Assembly (NCBI GenBank): GCA_030641185.1 | Contig: DAOWHY010000035.1 | Span: forward strand, 1 to 55,025 | DNA from: Candidatus Moraniibacteriota bacterium | GTDB taxonomy: Bacteria > Patescibacteriota > Minisyncoccia > JAHIHE01 > JAGLIN01 | Reading direction: 5' to 3' | DNA: 55,025 nt | Part shown: positions 1 through 9,131 of the stretch, piece by piece | Position numbering within the stretch: the stretch's first letter is position 1 | Layout: every line of letters begins with the position of its first letter | Notes under the pieces: model-generated | Databases searched by the model: none | What the model was told of the DNA's origin: nothing | Seen by the model: the letters and a program-made list of their open reading frames with translations, nothing else | Made by a program: the position numbers and the translations under genes

Positions 1-1
1 A

Positions 2-1816
2 AAGAGGGCAAACATAAAACTAATCGCCGTTGATGAAGCGCATTGCATTTCTGAATGGGGGCACGATTTTCGTCCTGATTATCGCAATCTTAAACTTTTC
101 AAAAGCCAATTTCCAAACGTTCCTATTATTGCGTTAACCGCTACTGCCACCCCAAGAGTCCGGGAGGATATTATCAAACAGCTTTCTTTAAATAATTCCA
201 AGCCATTTATTTCCAGTTTTGACAGGGAAAACCTTATGATGATTGTTACCAGGAAGAGAAGGGCTTTTGACAAACTTTTAAAACTTATTCAGAAACATAA
301 AAATGAACCAACAATTATTTATTGTTTTTCCAGAAAAGATACGGAAAATATCGCGATGAGTTTACAGGCGGAAGGTTTTAACGCTTTGCCGTATCACGCG
401 GGACTTAACAATGAAACGCGAAAGAAAAATCAGGAGCTGTTTATCAAAGACGAGGTTTCAATTATTGTTGCGACAATTGCTTTTGGAATGGGAATTGATA
501 AGCCGGATATTCGCTTGATTATTCATTATACATTTCCCAAAACAATTGAAGGATATTATCAAGAAATCGGAAGAGCAGGGCGAGATGGATTGCCGAGTGA
601 GTGCGTTTTGTTTTATTCTTACGGAGACGCGCGAAAGCACGAATTTTTTATTGATCAAATGGAAGATGTTGTTGAGCAGGAAAAATGTCGGGAGAAATTA
701 AAACAGGTTATTGAATATTGCGAGACAGTGATTTGTCGCAGAAAATATGTATTGAAGTATTTTGGCGAAGATTATGTTTTTCCTGACAACAAAGAAACAG
801 ACCGCGATGAAAATAAAAAAGGCTGTGGAGCTTGTGATGTTTGTTTAAATCCGAACTTGTTATTTGACGCCACGGAAATTTCTCAAAAAATTCTTTCTTG
901 CGTTATTCGCACCGGAGGCAGATTTGGAAGAAATTATGTTGCCGATGTTCTTTTGGGCAAAAAATCTCAGCAAATTCTTGATAATCAACATAATAATATT
1001 TCTGTTTTTGGAATTGTTCAGGATTTTAATAAAGACGAAATCAATCATTTTATGAAATCTCTCGTCTCTCTCGGTTTTCTGCGGGTAGATTCGGGAAAAT
1101 ATCCTACGATCTCAGTTGCTCAAAAGGGAATTCAATTTTTGAAACAAAAAGAGTTGATAGAATTACCGAAAATGCGCGAAGATATGGAAGAGCGGGAAGA
1201 AAGTATTTCAAGGCGAAAAATGCGGTATGACTTTGATTTGTTTGAGAAATTAAGAATTTTAAGAAAACAAATCGCTGATGAAAATAAGGTTCCTCCTTTT
1301 ATGATTTTTAGCGATGTCTCTTTGCAGGAAATGGCGCATTATTTCCCTGTTGATAAAAATAATTTTTCCAAAATTGAAGGTGTGGGAAGTAAAAAGTTAG
1401 AAAGCTTTTCGGAATTGTTTTTAGATGTTATCAATAATCATATCAAAGAAAATAATCTCCAGTCTATTGAAATCCCAAAACGCATTCAGAACAGGAGTAT
1501 TGGCGGAAGAGCAGGCCTTATGTTTCCTGAAAGATATATTAGGACAAAAGAGATGCTTTCCAAAAAACTTCCTATTCTAGAGGTTGCGAATAAGCAAGGG
1601 TTTAAATATGGAACGATCGTCAGGCATATTGAAAAACTGATTTTAAATGGCGAAGATATTAATATTGATTATCTTAAACCGTCACAGGAAAGGTTGGAAA
1701 AAATAAAGATCGCATTTGAAAAATGCGGCGACGAAAAACTAAAACCAGTTTTTGATTTTTTAGATGAGGAGTATTCTTATGATGAGATTAGACTGGGGAA
1801 GTTGTTTTGGAAATAA
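2..1816 (+). CDS. recQ: ATP-dependent DNA helicase RecQ, 5' end cut by window edge
   Basis: Frame 2 is open from nt 2 and reads IAVDEAHCISEWGHDFRPDY (DEAH box). Later motifs: TIAFGMGIDKPDIR, QEIGRAGRDG, a Cys cluster CRRK..CGACDVC, an HRDC-like segment (FMIFSDVSLQEMA) and a C-terminal HTH-like extension. Confidence 0.93.
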   Translation, partial: KRANIKLIAVDEAHCISEWGHDFRPDYRNLKLFKSQFPNVPIIALTATATPRVREDIIKQLSLNNSKPFISSFDRENLMMIVTRKRRAFDKLLKLIQKHKNEPTIIYCFSRKDTENIAMSLQAEGFNALPYHAGLNNETRKKNQELFIKDEVSIIVATIAFGMGIDKPDIRLIIHYTFPKTIEGYYQEIGRAGRDGLPSECVLFYSYGDARKHEFFIDQMEDVVEQEKCREKLKQVIEYCETVICRRKYVLKYFGEDYVFPDNKETDRDENKKGCGACDVCLNPNLLFDATEISQKILSCVIRTGGRFGRNYVADVLLGKKSQQILDNQHNNISVFGIVQDFNKDEINHFMKSLVSLGFLRVDSGKYPTISVAQKGIQFLKQKELIELPKMREDMEEREESISRRKMRYDFDLFEKLRILRKQIADENKVPPFMIFSDVSLQEMAHYFPVDKNNFSKIEGVGSKKLESFSELFLDVINNHIKENNLQSIEIPKRIQNRSIGGRAGLMFPERYIRTKEMLSKKLPILEVANKQGFKYGTIVRHIEKLILNGEDINIDYLKPSQERLEKIKIAFEKCGDEKLKPVFDFLDEEYSYDEIRLGKLFWK

Positions 1817-1909
1817 AAAAATTGGAGGATTAGATTTTAGAAATAAACAAAAGGTTTAAGTTAGAGACATTGAACCAACGACAAAATACTGTTCTAAATT
1901 TTGCATTAA

Positions 1910-1940
1910 GGTTCCACAGCTCTGTGGAGACTATGGAACC
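1910..1940. repeat. family D hairpin repeat (GGTTCCACAGCTCTGYGGAGACTATGGAACC)
   Basis: Near-identical copies at 15948-15978, 20255-20285 (inside a CDS) and, inverted, at 42707-42736. Confidence 0.8.
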
Positions 1941-2105
1941 AGCGATGTCAAAAAAATTGGCGTTTATTTTTATTTATTGGTATAATAAAGCCATAACAAA
2001 AAATCAAAAGATTTTGGAGGTTTTGTTTCTATTTTTTAATTATGCGTTTGCGTTTGTAGATGAAAGATAATATTTAATAGTATAAATTAAACCTAAAACA
2101 ACAAA

Positions 2106-2132
2106 GATTCTGAAACAAGTTCAGAATGACAG
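2106..2132. repeat. family B terminal hairpin (GATTCTGAAACAAGTTCAGAATGACAG), solo end with about 90 bp of adjacent family B internal sequence
   Basis: It matches the right ends of the full copies at 32969-33169 and 53722-53924. The sequence upstream (2040-2105) resembles the interior of the 33-kb copy. Confidence 0.75.
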
Positions 2133-2155
2133 ATTTTTAATGTTTTAAAAAATAC

Positions 2156-2731
2156 ATGCCGGAAGTTTTGGAAAAACTTTTTCGTTCTAAAGCTGAAATT
2201 AAATTTTTGCGGTTGTTTTTGAATAATCCGGATAAGGAATATCTTTTAAGCGAGGCGGCTCAAAAATCAAAAATAAATTCAGCGACAACTCGAAAAGAAG
2301 TTAATAATTTAGCGAAAATTAAATTTTTGCTTTCCAGAAAAAAAGCCGGAAAAATATATTATCGCGCGAATCACGAGTTTATTTTTTATGACGAATTGAA
2401 AAAAATAATTTTTAAAACAAGTCCCACTTCGTCAGATAAAATCAAATCACAAGTATTGAAATTAGGACAGGTCAGATTTCTATTAATTTCCGGCGTGTTT
2501 ATAAATTCCGACAAGAGTAAAGTTGATATTATGATCGTCGGCGAGCATCTCAATAAAAGCAAGTTAAAAAGCTTCCTGTCTGTGATTGAAGCGGAAGCCG
2601 GCAAAGGGATAAACTATGTTTGTATGAGCACAGATGAATTTAGATATAGGAAAGGAATGTTTGATAAATTTGTGATCAATATTTTAGAAGGGCCTCATAA
2701 AATTTTAATAGATAGGATGAAAAATATTTAA
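2156..2731 (+). CDS. hypothetical protein, possible winged-helix regulator fused to a nucleotidyltransferase-like C-terminal half
   Basis: 191-aa ORF with typical local codon usage. The N-terminal pattern FLRLFLNNPDKEYLLSEAAQKSKINSATTRKEVNNLAK resembles a wHTH. Function is not established. Confidence 0.5.
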   Translation: MPEVLEKLFRSKAEIKFLRLFLNNPDKEYLLSEAAQKSKINSATTRKEVNNLAKIKFLLSRKKAGKIYYRANHEFIFYDELKKIIFKTSPTSSDKIKSQVLKLGQVRFLLISGVFINSDKSKVDIMIVGEHLNKSKLKSFLSVIEAEAGKGINYVCMSTDEFRYRKGMFDKFVINILEGPHKILIDRMKNI

Positions 2732-2736
2732 ATATT

Positions 2737-2813
2737 TAAATTGTTAAATTGTTATGTATGGCACAGCAATGAATTAATGAGTTATAATAATAATTTAACA
2801 ATGTAACAATGTA
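2737..2813. repeat. family G inverted repeat (AAATTGTTAAATTGTTA ... TAACAATGTAACAATG)
   Basis: Related copies at 7470-7562, 40166-48 and 41325-58. The arms are themselves made of 8-9 nt tandem units. Confidence 0.75.
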
Positions 2814-2824
2814 ATTTTAAATTC

Positions 2825-4585
2825 ATGGAGAATAAAAAACAAAAAACAATTTATCTAAATGCGGATGATGAAATTAATTTTATAATTGATAAGATTAAAA
2901 AATGTGAAGCAAAAGAAATTACGCTGATTATTCCTGAAAGCGCTATGGTTCTTCAAAATCTAATAAATCTCAAGGTGCTTAGGATGAACGCGAAAGAACT
3001 TGAAAAAGATATTTCAATAGTTACTATTGACGATGATGATTATTTTGAGACAGGAAATAAAATTGGAAATCGATCAAGTTCTATAAAGAATTTAATAGAT
3101 GAATCAGATGAAGAATTAAATAAGAAAAAAGAAAATGAAAGTGATGTTCCAAGTGTTTCTTTTGTTAAAAATCTGGAAAATAAAAAATCTGAAAGTAAAA
3201 CTGAAATGCGTGATATAATAAAAAAGAAAGAAATCAATACTGATGGCGCTGATAGCGCAGTCAAAGAAATAAGGGAAAAAAAAGAAGAGAGCTTGCTTCA
3301 ACAAAAAGAATTTAGTCAAAATGGAATTGAAAACGCAGAAAATAATAAAAACATAAATATTAGCAAAGTGAATGACTTTGAAAAATCAAAAAAACAGAGT
3401 AGGAGAAAAATAAATTTACTTCCGTCGCTAAGCTCAAGGTTTTTTGCCGGGTTTATCATTGTTTGCTTTACTACTGTTCTGGTAATTTTAGGGTTTGTGC
3501 TTCCTAAGTCAGATATAGTTATTACCTTGAAAACAGAAGCGTTAACATACGATTTTGAATTTGTGGCCGATGAATTAATAAATAAAATTGACTCAGTAAG
3601 CGATAAAATTCCGTCGGAAAAAATAGATATTATAAATGAAGAAAGTGGTAATTATCCAGCCACGGGAAAAAAGCATATTACAGAAAAAGCGGTAGGGAAG
3701 ATTACAATTTATAACGAGTGCTCCACTGGTTCGCAAACTTTAGTCGTTAATACTAGATTTCTCTCTAAGGAAGGAAAAATATTTAGAATAAAAAAAGCAG
3801 TTAAGATAGCTGGTTTTACTAAGCCTGAAGATAAAATTATTCCAGGAAGTGTTACGGTGGATGTTGTAGCTGAAGGGTCTGGCGAAAATTATAATATAAA
3901 TAGTACATCTTTTACTATACCTAGACTCCAAGAATTAAATAGTTGGAAATTCTCCTGTCTTTATGCTAGATCAGAACAAGCAATGTCTGGCGGAGTTGAT
4001 AGGGAAGTCTTATATTTTTCAGACAGCGATTATCTTACAGCCAAAGAAAAACTTGTAAAAATTGCAAAGGAAAAAAACGAGAAAGAATCTTCGGAGAAAT
4101 CTTCAGACAAATATGTGCTGTTAGAAAATTTGGAACAGAACGAAGAAGTTAAAATTGAAGATGATGTTAAAGTTGGCGATATTGTTGATAGTTTTCAAAT
4201 GACCGTTTCAGTAAAAACTACAGCTCTTTTTGCGACTAAAGACGATCTTGACGATTTAATAGATGAAAAAATCAGTTCAGATTTGAGTGATGATATAGAA
4301 CTCGTTGAGGGAAGCAGAAAATGGGAAGTTGGAGAAATAAATAAAGATGAAAATGGAAAAATGTCTATACCCGTTTCTGTTATCCAGAATTCAATTGCCA
4401 AAATTGACATTGATAAAATAAAAAACGAAATAGCTGGAAAAAACGAATTGGAATTACGAAAGTATTTTATTAACATAAAAGGAATTAAAGCAACGGATGT
4501 GGGTTTCTGGCCGTTTTGGGTAAAAAGTATTCCATCATCTTTGGATAAAATAAATATAACTATTGACATAAATAGTTCTATGTAG
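2825..4585 (+). CDS. hypothetical bitopic membrane protein with large extracytoplasmic C-terminal region
   Basis: 586-aa ORF. It has a K/E-rich N-terminal cytoplasmic part, one TM helix (FFAGFIIVCFTTVLVILGFVL) and then a beta-rich region. No motif recognised. Confidence 0.6.
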   Translation: MENKKQKTIYLNADDEINFIIDKIKKCEAKEITLIIPESAMVLQNLINLKVLRMNAKELEKDISIVTIDDDDYFETGNKIGNRSSSIKNLIDESDEELNKKKENESDVPSVSFVKNLENKKSESKTEMRDIIKKKEINTDGADSAVKEIREKKEESLLQQKEFSQNGIENAENNKNINISKVNDFEKSKKQSRRKINLLPSLSSRFFAGFIIVCFTTVLVILGFVLPKSDIVITLKTEALTYDFEFVADELINKIDSVSDKIPSEKIDIINEESGNYPATGKKHITEKAVGKITIYNECSTGSQTLVVNTRFLSKEGKIFRIKKAVKIAGFTKPEDKIIPGSVTVDVVAEGSGENYNINSTSFTIPRLQELNSWKFSCLYARSEQAMSGGVDREVLYFSDSDYLTAKEKLVKIAKEKNEKESSEKSSDKYVLLENLEQNEEVKIEDDVKVGDIVDSFQMTVSVKTTALFATKDDLDDLIDEKISSDLSDDIELVEGSRKWEVGEINKDENGKMSIPVSVIQNSIAKIDIDKIKNEIAGKNELELRKYFINIKGIKATDVGFWPFWVKSIPSSLDKINITIDINSSM

Positions 4586-4610
4586 TAGACTGCAAAAGTA
4601 GTTGATTCGT

Positions 4611-4680
4611 GTCATAGTGAGCTTGTCGAACTATGATAGGTTGGATGAGTCTGTTATCCTTCGACAAGCTTAGGATGACG
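4611..4680. repeat. family B' double-hairpin element (GTCATAGTGAGCTTGTCGAACTATGA ... ATCCTTCGACAAGCTTAGGATGAC)
   Basis: The same element occurs in the opposite orientation at 29139-29208. Confidence 0.85.
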
Positions 4681-4755
4681 AATAAAAGTAAATATTATTT
4701 TAAAGTATCAAGCTCAACTAGTGATACTAGTTGTTGTTTTGTTTACGAATAAAAA

Positions 4756-4858
4756 ATAGAAACTAATGGAAACTTGTAGAAACTGGTTGAAATTAATTGT
4801 CTTTAGAAAACAACAATTTAATTTCCATTAATTTCTATGAGTTTCTATAAATTTCTAT
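4756..4858. mobile_element. family H MITE-like element, intact copy of about 103 bp
   Basis: Terminal inverted repeats ATAGAAACTAATGGAAACTTGTAGAAA / TTTCTATGAGTTTCTATAAATTTCTAT. Other copies at 5146-5316 and 9011-9120. Confidence 0.8.
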
Positions 4859-4933
4859 TTATAGTAATAGTAATAGTTGTTTTGAAAATAAATAAAATTG
4901 TGAAAACATCAAAGTTTATTAATTTTGTAATTT

Positions 4934-5143
4934 ATGAAAGAAATAATACAAGTAGAAGGAAGCGTAACTGAAGTTTTGCCTGGAACAAAATTTAAAGTGC
5001 AAATTGATGATGGACATGAATTGCTGGCTCATATTTCCGGTAGAATGAGAATGAATTATATAAAGATATTACCGGGAGATAAAGTGGTTGTTGAGATGAG
5101 TCCTTATGATTTGACAAAAGGAAGGATTGTGAAGAGAGGGTAG
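4934..5143 (+). CDS. infA: translation initiation factor IF-1
   Basis: 69 aa with an S1-like fold signature: [60 protein letters not shown]. Confidence 0.95.
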   Translation: MKEIIQVEGSVTEVLPGTKFKVQIDDGHELLAHISGRMRMNYIKILPGDKVVVEMSPYDLTKGRIVKRG

Positions 5144-5145
5144 CA

Positions 5146-5316
5146 ATAGAAATTTATAGTAATTAAATTGTTGTTTTCTAATTATAATTTATTTTTTGCC
5201 TTAAATCCTGGATTCCTGCCTCCGCAGGAATGACAAAAACTGCGTTTTTCGGAGGTTCCTAAAGACAATTAATTACAATTAGTTGCTACAAATTTCTATA
5301 AGTTTCCATTTACTAT
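5146..5316. mobile_element. family H element (reverse orientation) interrupted by a nested insertion
   Basis: It aligns to the reverse complement of 4756-4858, except for the 78-bp insert at 5182-5259 and a short internal deletion. Confidence 0.8.
5182..5259. mobile_element. short family C-type element nested inside the family H copy, flanked by a TAA duplication
   Basis: The uninterrupted H copy reads TTCTAAAGACAATT. Here it reads TTCTAA[78 bp]TAAAGACAATT. The insert carries GTCATTCCTGCGGAGGCAGGAATCCAGG (reverse strand), which matches the family C ends at 6005 and 51317. Confidence 0.8.
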
Positions 5317-5386
5317 TTGAGTTGATATGATTGATGGAGATAAAAATTTTTGAGAAAATTTGTTAATGTTTAACAAACAAAATAAT

Positions 5387-5500
5387 ATGAAAGTAAGAGC
5401 TTCGGTTAAAAAATTTTGTGATAAATGTAAAATAGTTCGGCGTAAAAAAAGAGTTTATGTTGTTTGTTCTAATCCAAAACATAAACAGAGACAAGGATAA
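5387..5500 (+). CDS. rpmJ: 50S ribosomal protein L36
   Basis: Absent from the ORF track because it is under 60 aa. Manual translation gives [37 protein letters not shown], the canonical L36 Zn-ribbon, in the expected infA-rpmJ-rpsM position. Confidence 0.93.
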   Translation: MKVRASVKKFCDKCKIVRRKKRVYVVCSNPKHKQRQG

Positions 5501-5502
5501 AT

Positions 5503-5590
5503 AAGTATTAAGCATCAAGTAGTAAGTAGTAAGCAAGATAAATATTTATGTTTAGTGCTTAATACTAACTACTTAATACTAATTACTAAC
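5503..5590. repeat. family I palindromic repeat (AGTATTAAGC...AGTAGTAAG / GCTTAATACT...)
   Basis: It fills the whole rpmJ-rpsM spacer. Related copies at 14670-14737 and 15241-15273. Confidence 0.7.
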
Positions 5591-5592
5591 AA

Positions 5593-5982
5593 ATGCCAAG
5601 AATTTTAGGAGTTAATATTCCAGAAGAAAAAAGAATAGAAGTTGCTTTAACTTACATAAGTGGTGTGGGCGTTTTTTCTAGTAGAAAGATTTTAAAATCG
5701 GCTAATATTAATCTTGACAAAAGAGCAAAAGAGATCACTCTTGAGGAAGTAAGTAAAATCCAAAAGATTATTGAAAAAGAATATAAAACGGAAGGGGAGC
5801 TCAGGCGGATTATTATGATGAATATTAAGAGATTGAAAGAAATAGGATGTTATAGAGGAACAAGGCACTCTAAGGGATTGCCGACAAGAGGACAAAGAAC
5901 TAAAACAAATAATAGAACGGTAAGAGGAAATGTCAGAAGAACGGCTGGGAGCGGAAGAAGTAATGCTAGTGAGAAAACATAG
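5593..5982 (+). CDS. rpsM: 30S ribosomal protein S13
   Basis: MPRILGVNIPEEKRIEVALTYI.G.G ... YRGTRHSKGLPTRGQRTKTNNRT, a typical S13. Confidence 0.96.
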   Translation: MPRILGVNIPEEKRIEVALTYISGVGVFSSRKILKSANINLDKRAKEITLEEVSKIQKIIEKEYKTEGELRRIIMMNIKRLKEIGCYRGTRHSKGLPTRGQRTKTNNRTVRGNVRRTAGSGRSNASEKT

Positions 5983-6004
5983 AATGTTATATTACTAAAT
6001 TATT

Positions 6005-6138
6005 CGTCATTCCCGCGGAGGCGGGAATCCAGTTAATCTCAATGAATAATATTTATTGTATGATTTTGTTAAGTGAGACTAACTGGATCCCAGACATTTT
6101 TTCTTACGCTTCGCTTCAGAAAAAATTCTGGGATGACA
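6005..6138. mobile_element. family C MITE-like element, about 134 bp
   Basis: CGTCATTCCCGCGGAGGCGGGAATCCAG ... GTGAGACTAACTGGATCCCAGAC ... TCTGGGATGACA. A second full copy at 51317-51477 has long identical blocks. Confidence 0.88.
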
Positions 6139-6164
6139 AATAAATTTTTATAATAATAAATAAA

Positions 6165-6605
6165 ATGGGAAAAAGAAGAGTAATAAAAATTGGGAGTAAG
6201 GATGGGGATGGATCTAAAAATGCTTCTGGAAAGGCGTTGAAAAAGACCAAAAGAAAAAATGTTGCGAAAGGGAAGATTCATATCAAATCAACTTATAATA
6301 ATACAATTGTTACGCTAACGGATTTGAGCGGAGGTTTGATTGCTTGGTCCAGTGCTGGTCTTTTAGGTTTTAAAGGAGCTAAAAAAGCAACGCCATACGC
6401 AGCTACTAATATTGTCAATTCTTTGTTTGAAAGAGTGAAAAAAATAGGACTTAAAGAAGTTGATGTTTATGTAAAAGGAATTGGCAGTGGCAGAGAGTCT
6501 GCCGTCAGGGCGATTGCTTCTAATGGAATTAATATTGTTTCCATAACCGATACGACACCAATTCCGCATAATGGCTGCCGACCTCCGGGACCGAGGAGAA
6601 TGTAG
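6165..6605 (+). CDS. rpsK: 30S ribosomal protein S11 with lysine-rich N-terminal extension
   Basis: GKIHIKSTYNNTIVTLTD..G..IAWSSAG..GFKGAKKATPYAA ... TDTTPIPHNGCRPPGPRR. Confidence 0.96.
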   Translation: MGKRRVIKIGSKDGDGSKNASGKALKKTKRKNVAKGKIHIKSTYNNTIVTLTDLSGGLIAWSSAGLLGFKGAKKATPYAATNIVNSLFERVKKIGLKEVDVYVKGIGSGRESAVRAIASNGINIVSITDTTPIPHNGCRPPGPRRM

Positions 6606-6840
6606 GGAGTAAAATTTTGTAATTTTTAATTTTGTAATTTTTAAATAAATCTTAATTTTCAATTTCTAAATTTATTTTTTAAAGAAATGAATGATAGGTA
6701 AATTTAAAAATTTGGTCATTAAACATTATTTTAAAAATTAAAAAGTATAAAATTAAAAATTTAAACAATGTTGATACTGGAAATTCTGTAACAAATAATA
6801 AGACAAGCAAAGTATCACTATAATATATAATAAACTGTCT

Positions 6841-7467
6841 ATGGCTAGAGATTTAAGTCCAAAATGTAAAAAGTGTAGAAGAGAGGGAAAGAAGCTTTTC
6901 TTAAAAGGCGAGCGTTGTTATGGCGTAAAATGCGCGATGATTAAGAGACCATACGCGCCAGGAGAGCATGGGCAAGCAAGAAGAATGGGTCTTTCGGAAT
7001 ACGGAATTCAGTTAAGAGAAAAGCAGAAAGTCAAAAGAACATATGGGATTTTAGAAAAGCAATTTAGAAAATATTATGAAATGGCCAGTAAAGCAAAAGG
7101 TAATACAGGAAGCCTGTTGTCTGGTTTATTGGAGAGAAGATTAGACAATGCCGTCTACCGTCTTGGATTAGCGGATTCAAGGAATAAAGCGAGACAATTA
7201 GTTAATCATGGACATTTTTTGCTGAATGGAAAAAAAGTGGATATACCCTCTTGTCTTGTAAAAGAGGGCGATCTAATCTCAATCAAAAATGAAAACGGAG
7301 CTTGTTTTCAAGATTTAAAAAAGACATTAAAGAACTACAAAACCCCGTCTTGGCTATCTTTGGAATATCAGAAACTTCAGGGTAAAGTTATCTCTTTGCC
7401 AGTTGCCAAAGAAATTGATATTGATATTGATATTCATTTAGTCATTGAACATTATTCTAAAGCATAA
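6841..7467 (+). CDS. rpsD: 30S ribosomal protein S4
   Basis: N-terminal Zn-finger CKKCRREGKKLFLKGERC, then YGIQLREKQKVKRTYG and an S4 RNA-binding domain (RLDNAVYRLGLADSRNKARQLVNHGHFLLNGKKVDIPS). Confidence 0.96.
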   Translation: MARDLSPKCKKCRREGKKLFLKGERCYGVKCAMIKRPYAPGEHGQARRMGLSEYGIQLREKQKVKRTYGILEKQFRKYYEMASKAKGNTGSLLSGLLERRLDNAVYRLGLADSRNKARQLVNHGHFLLNGKKVDIPSCLVKEGDLISIKNENGACFQDLKKTLKNYKTPSWLSLEYQKLQGKVISLPVAKEIDIDIDIHLVIEHYSKA

Positions 7468-7469
7468 AG

Positions 7470-7562
7470 TTATATTGCTAAATTGTCATATTGTTAAATT
7501 ATTACGCATAGCGTAATAGTATGGCAAGGGACAATTTAACAATTTAACAATTTAACAATTTA
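7470..7562. repeat. family G inverted repeat
   Basis: TTATATTGCTAAATTGTCATATTGTTAAATT ... (CAATTTAA)n. It fills the rpsD-rpoA spacer. Confidence 0.75.
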
Positions 7563-7573
7563 ATTTAAAAAAT

Positions 7574-8578
7574 ATGCAAAAAATAACATTGCCAGAAAAA
7601 CCAAAAATAATAAAGCAGGAAGGCAACTTTGCAATTTTTGAAATCAAATCATGTTATCCTGGATACGGAATGACCATAGGAAACGCTTTAAGAAGGGTTC
7701 TTCTTTCTAGTTTAAGCGGATCAGCTATAACTGCCATTAATATTAGCGGAGTAAATCATGAATTTTCCACCATTCCCGGAATAGCGGAAGATGTTGTAGA
7801 AATAGTGCTTAATCTTAAAAAAGTAAGATTTAAAATGCATACAGATGAACCTGTAAAATTGACTCTAAGGACTAGTAAAGAAGGAGAAGTAAAGGCGTCG
7901 GAGATTATAGCTACAAGTGATGTTGAGGTGGTCAATAAAGATGCTCATATTGCAACCGTAAACGATAAAAACAGCAAGTTGGAAATGGAAATCAGAGTGG
8001 AAAGGGGAATAGGATATGTGCCGATTGAGCAGCAAAACAAGGAAAAACTTGAAACAGGAAACATATCTATAGATTCTATCTTTACTCCTGTAAAAAAAGT
8101 TAATTTTAAGGTTGAAAATATGCGTGTTGGTAAATTGACCAATTATGATAAACTTATTCTTGAAATAGAAACTAGCGGAGAAATAACACCAGAAGAAGCA
8201 TTTAAAAAAGCAACTAAACTGTTAGTTGATCATTTCAATTTATTCAGAGAAGTAATAGAAGAAAAAGTTGAAGATAAAGAAAAAGAGGATAAAGAAAAAA
8301 AGGAAGTTATAAAAAAAGAAAAGTCAGTTAAGGAAAAAAAGATAGAAAATGAAGAAAATGAAAAAGAAAAACAGGAAGATGTTTTAAAAACGCAAGTTGA
8401 AAGCCTCAATCTTTCTCCTAGAATTTTGAATATTTTAAACGATGGTAAAATAAAAAGTGTCAGTAAGCTTGTTAAAAAATCAGAAGAAGATTTAAAGGTA
8501 TTGCCTGGAATGGGAGATAAAGGAATAAAAGAAATTAAGAAAGCATTGGGAAAATTAGGATTGACTCTGAAAATATAA
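7574..8578 (+). CDS. rpoA: DNA-directed RNA polymerase alpha subunit, with a long K/E-rich NTD-CTD linker
   Basis: NTD motifs GYGMTIGNALRRVLLSSL and IPGIAEDVVEIVLNLK. CTD motif LNLSPRILNILNDGKIKSVSKLV. It lies in the conserved rpsD-rpoA-rplQ order. Confidence 0.95.
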   Translation: MQKITLPEKPKIIKQEGNFAIFEIKSCYPGYGMTIGNALRRVLLSSLSGSAITAINISGVNHEFSTIPGIAEDVVEIVLNLKKVRFKMHTDEPVKLTLRTSKEGEVKASEIIATSDVEVVNKDAHIATVNDKNSKLEMEIRVERGIGYVPIEQQNKEKLETGNISIDSIFTPVKKVNFKVENMRVGKLTNYDKLILEIETSGEITPEEAFKKATKLLVDHFNLFREVIEEKVEDKEKEDKEKKEVIKKEKSVKEKKIENEENEKEKQEDVLKTQVESLNLSPRILNILNDGKIKSVSKLVKKSEEDLKVLPGMGDKGIKEIKKALGKLGLTLKI

Positions 8579-8608
8579 TAGAATGATAGAAATTTAATAA
8601 GGACAACT

Positions 8609-8956
8609 ATGAAGCATAAAATAAAAGGAAGACAATTTAAGAGAAGCAAATCACAAAGAAAAGCTTTGTTGAAACATTTGACAGAAGCGCTTGTTTTACA
8701 TGAAAAAATTACGACAACAACAGCTAAAGCAAAAGAGCTTTCGGTTTATGCGGAGAAGTTAATTACGACGGCGAAGAAACAAAATCTTTCTTCGGCGAAA
8801 GCGATTCACGATATCTTAGCGGATAAACCAGCGAAGAAAATGATCAATGATATTTCTAAAAAATATAAAAGCAGAAACGGCGGATACACGAGAGTTATAA
8901 AAATCGGGGAAAGAAAAGGAGATGTCGCGGAGATGGCGATTATAGAATTGGTGTAA
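8609..8956 (+). CDS. rplQ: 50S ribosomal protein L17
   Basis: MKHKIKGRQFKRSKSQRKALLKHLTEAL..HEKITTT.AKAKEL ... GGYTRVIKIGERKGD. Confidence 0.95.
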   Translation: MKHKIKGRQFKRSKSQRKALLKHLTEALVLHEKITTTTAKAKELSVYAEKLITTAKKQNLSSAKAIHDILADKPAKKMINDISKKYKSRNGGYTRVIKIGERKGDVAEMAIIELV

Positions 8957-9010
8957 TAATTGGAGTTCATTTTTTAGAGTGTAGGAAGAGTGTAGAAAGT
9001 TTAATTTAAA

Positions 9011-9120
9011 TAGAATTAGAAATTAATTGAAATTCGTAGAAATTTATAGAAATTAAGTCGTTGCTTTCTAAAAACAATTAGTTTCAACAAGTTTCTGTGA
9101 GTTTCCATAAATTTCTATAG
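9011..9120. mobile_element. family H MITE-like element
   Basis: It ends with GTTTCTGTGAGTTTCCATAAATTTCTAT, as in the copies at 4756 and 5146. It lies in the rplQ-rplM spacer. Confidence 0.75.
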
Positions 9121-9131
9121 CTAATATAATT

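Noticed and set aside
1870-2070. ORFs made of repeat sequence: 1870-2070(+), 6069-6281(-), 33042-33287(-), 47516-47731(+), 47827-48054(+), 51319-51534(-), 9130-9318(-), 54219-54741(-)
   Set aside because: Their reading frames run through palindromic repeat elements, or lie antisense to dnaG or rplM. They have no ribosome-binding sites and implausible compositions.
7530-7562. Short tandem units (CAATTTAA)n, also at 40214-40248 and 50059-50097, considered as possible CRISPR arrays
   Set aside because: The units are 8-9 nt with no unique spacers between them. They form the arms of inverted repeats (family G and relatives). No cas genes are present.
8230-8649. Long antisense ORFs in the track, including 8230-8649(-), 4195-4569(-), 38984-39457(-), 44476-44868(-), 27808-28194(-), 50368-50742(-), 22646-22975(-), 18216-18608(-) and others
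   Set aside because: Each lies wholly opposite a well-supported gene and has low-complexity S/F/I/L-rich translations typical of shadow frames in AT-rich DNA. None has an SD or recognisable motifs.
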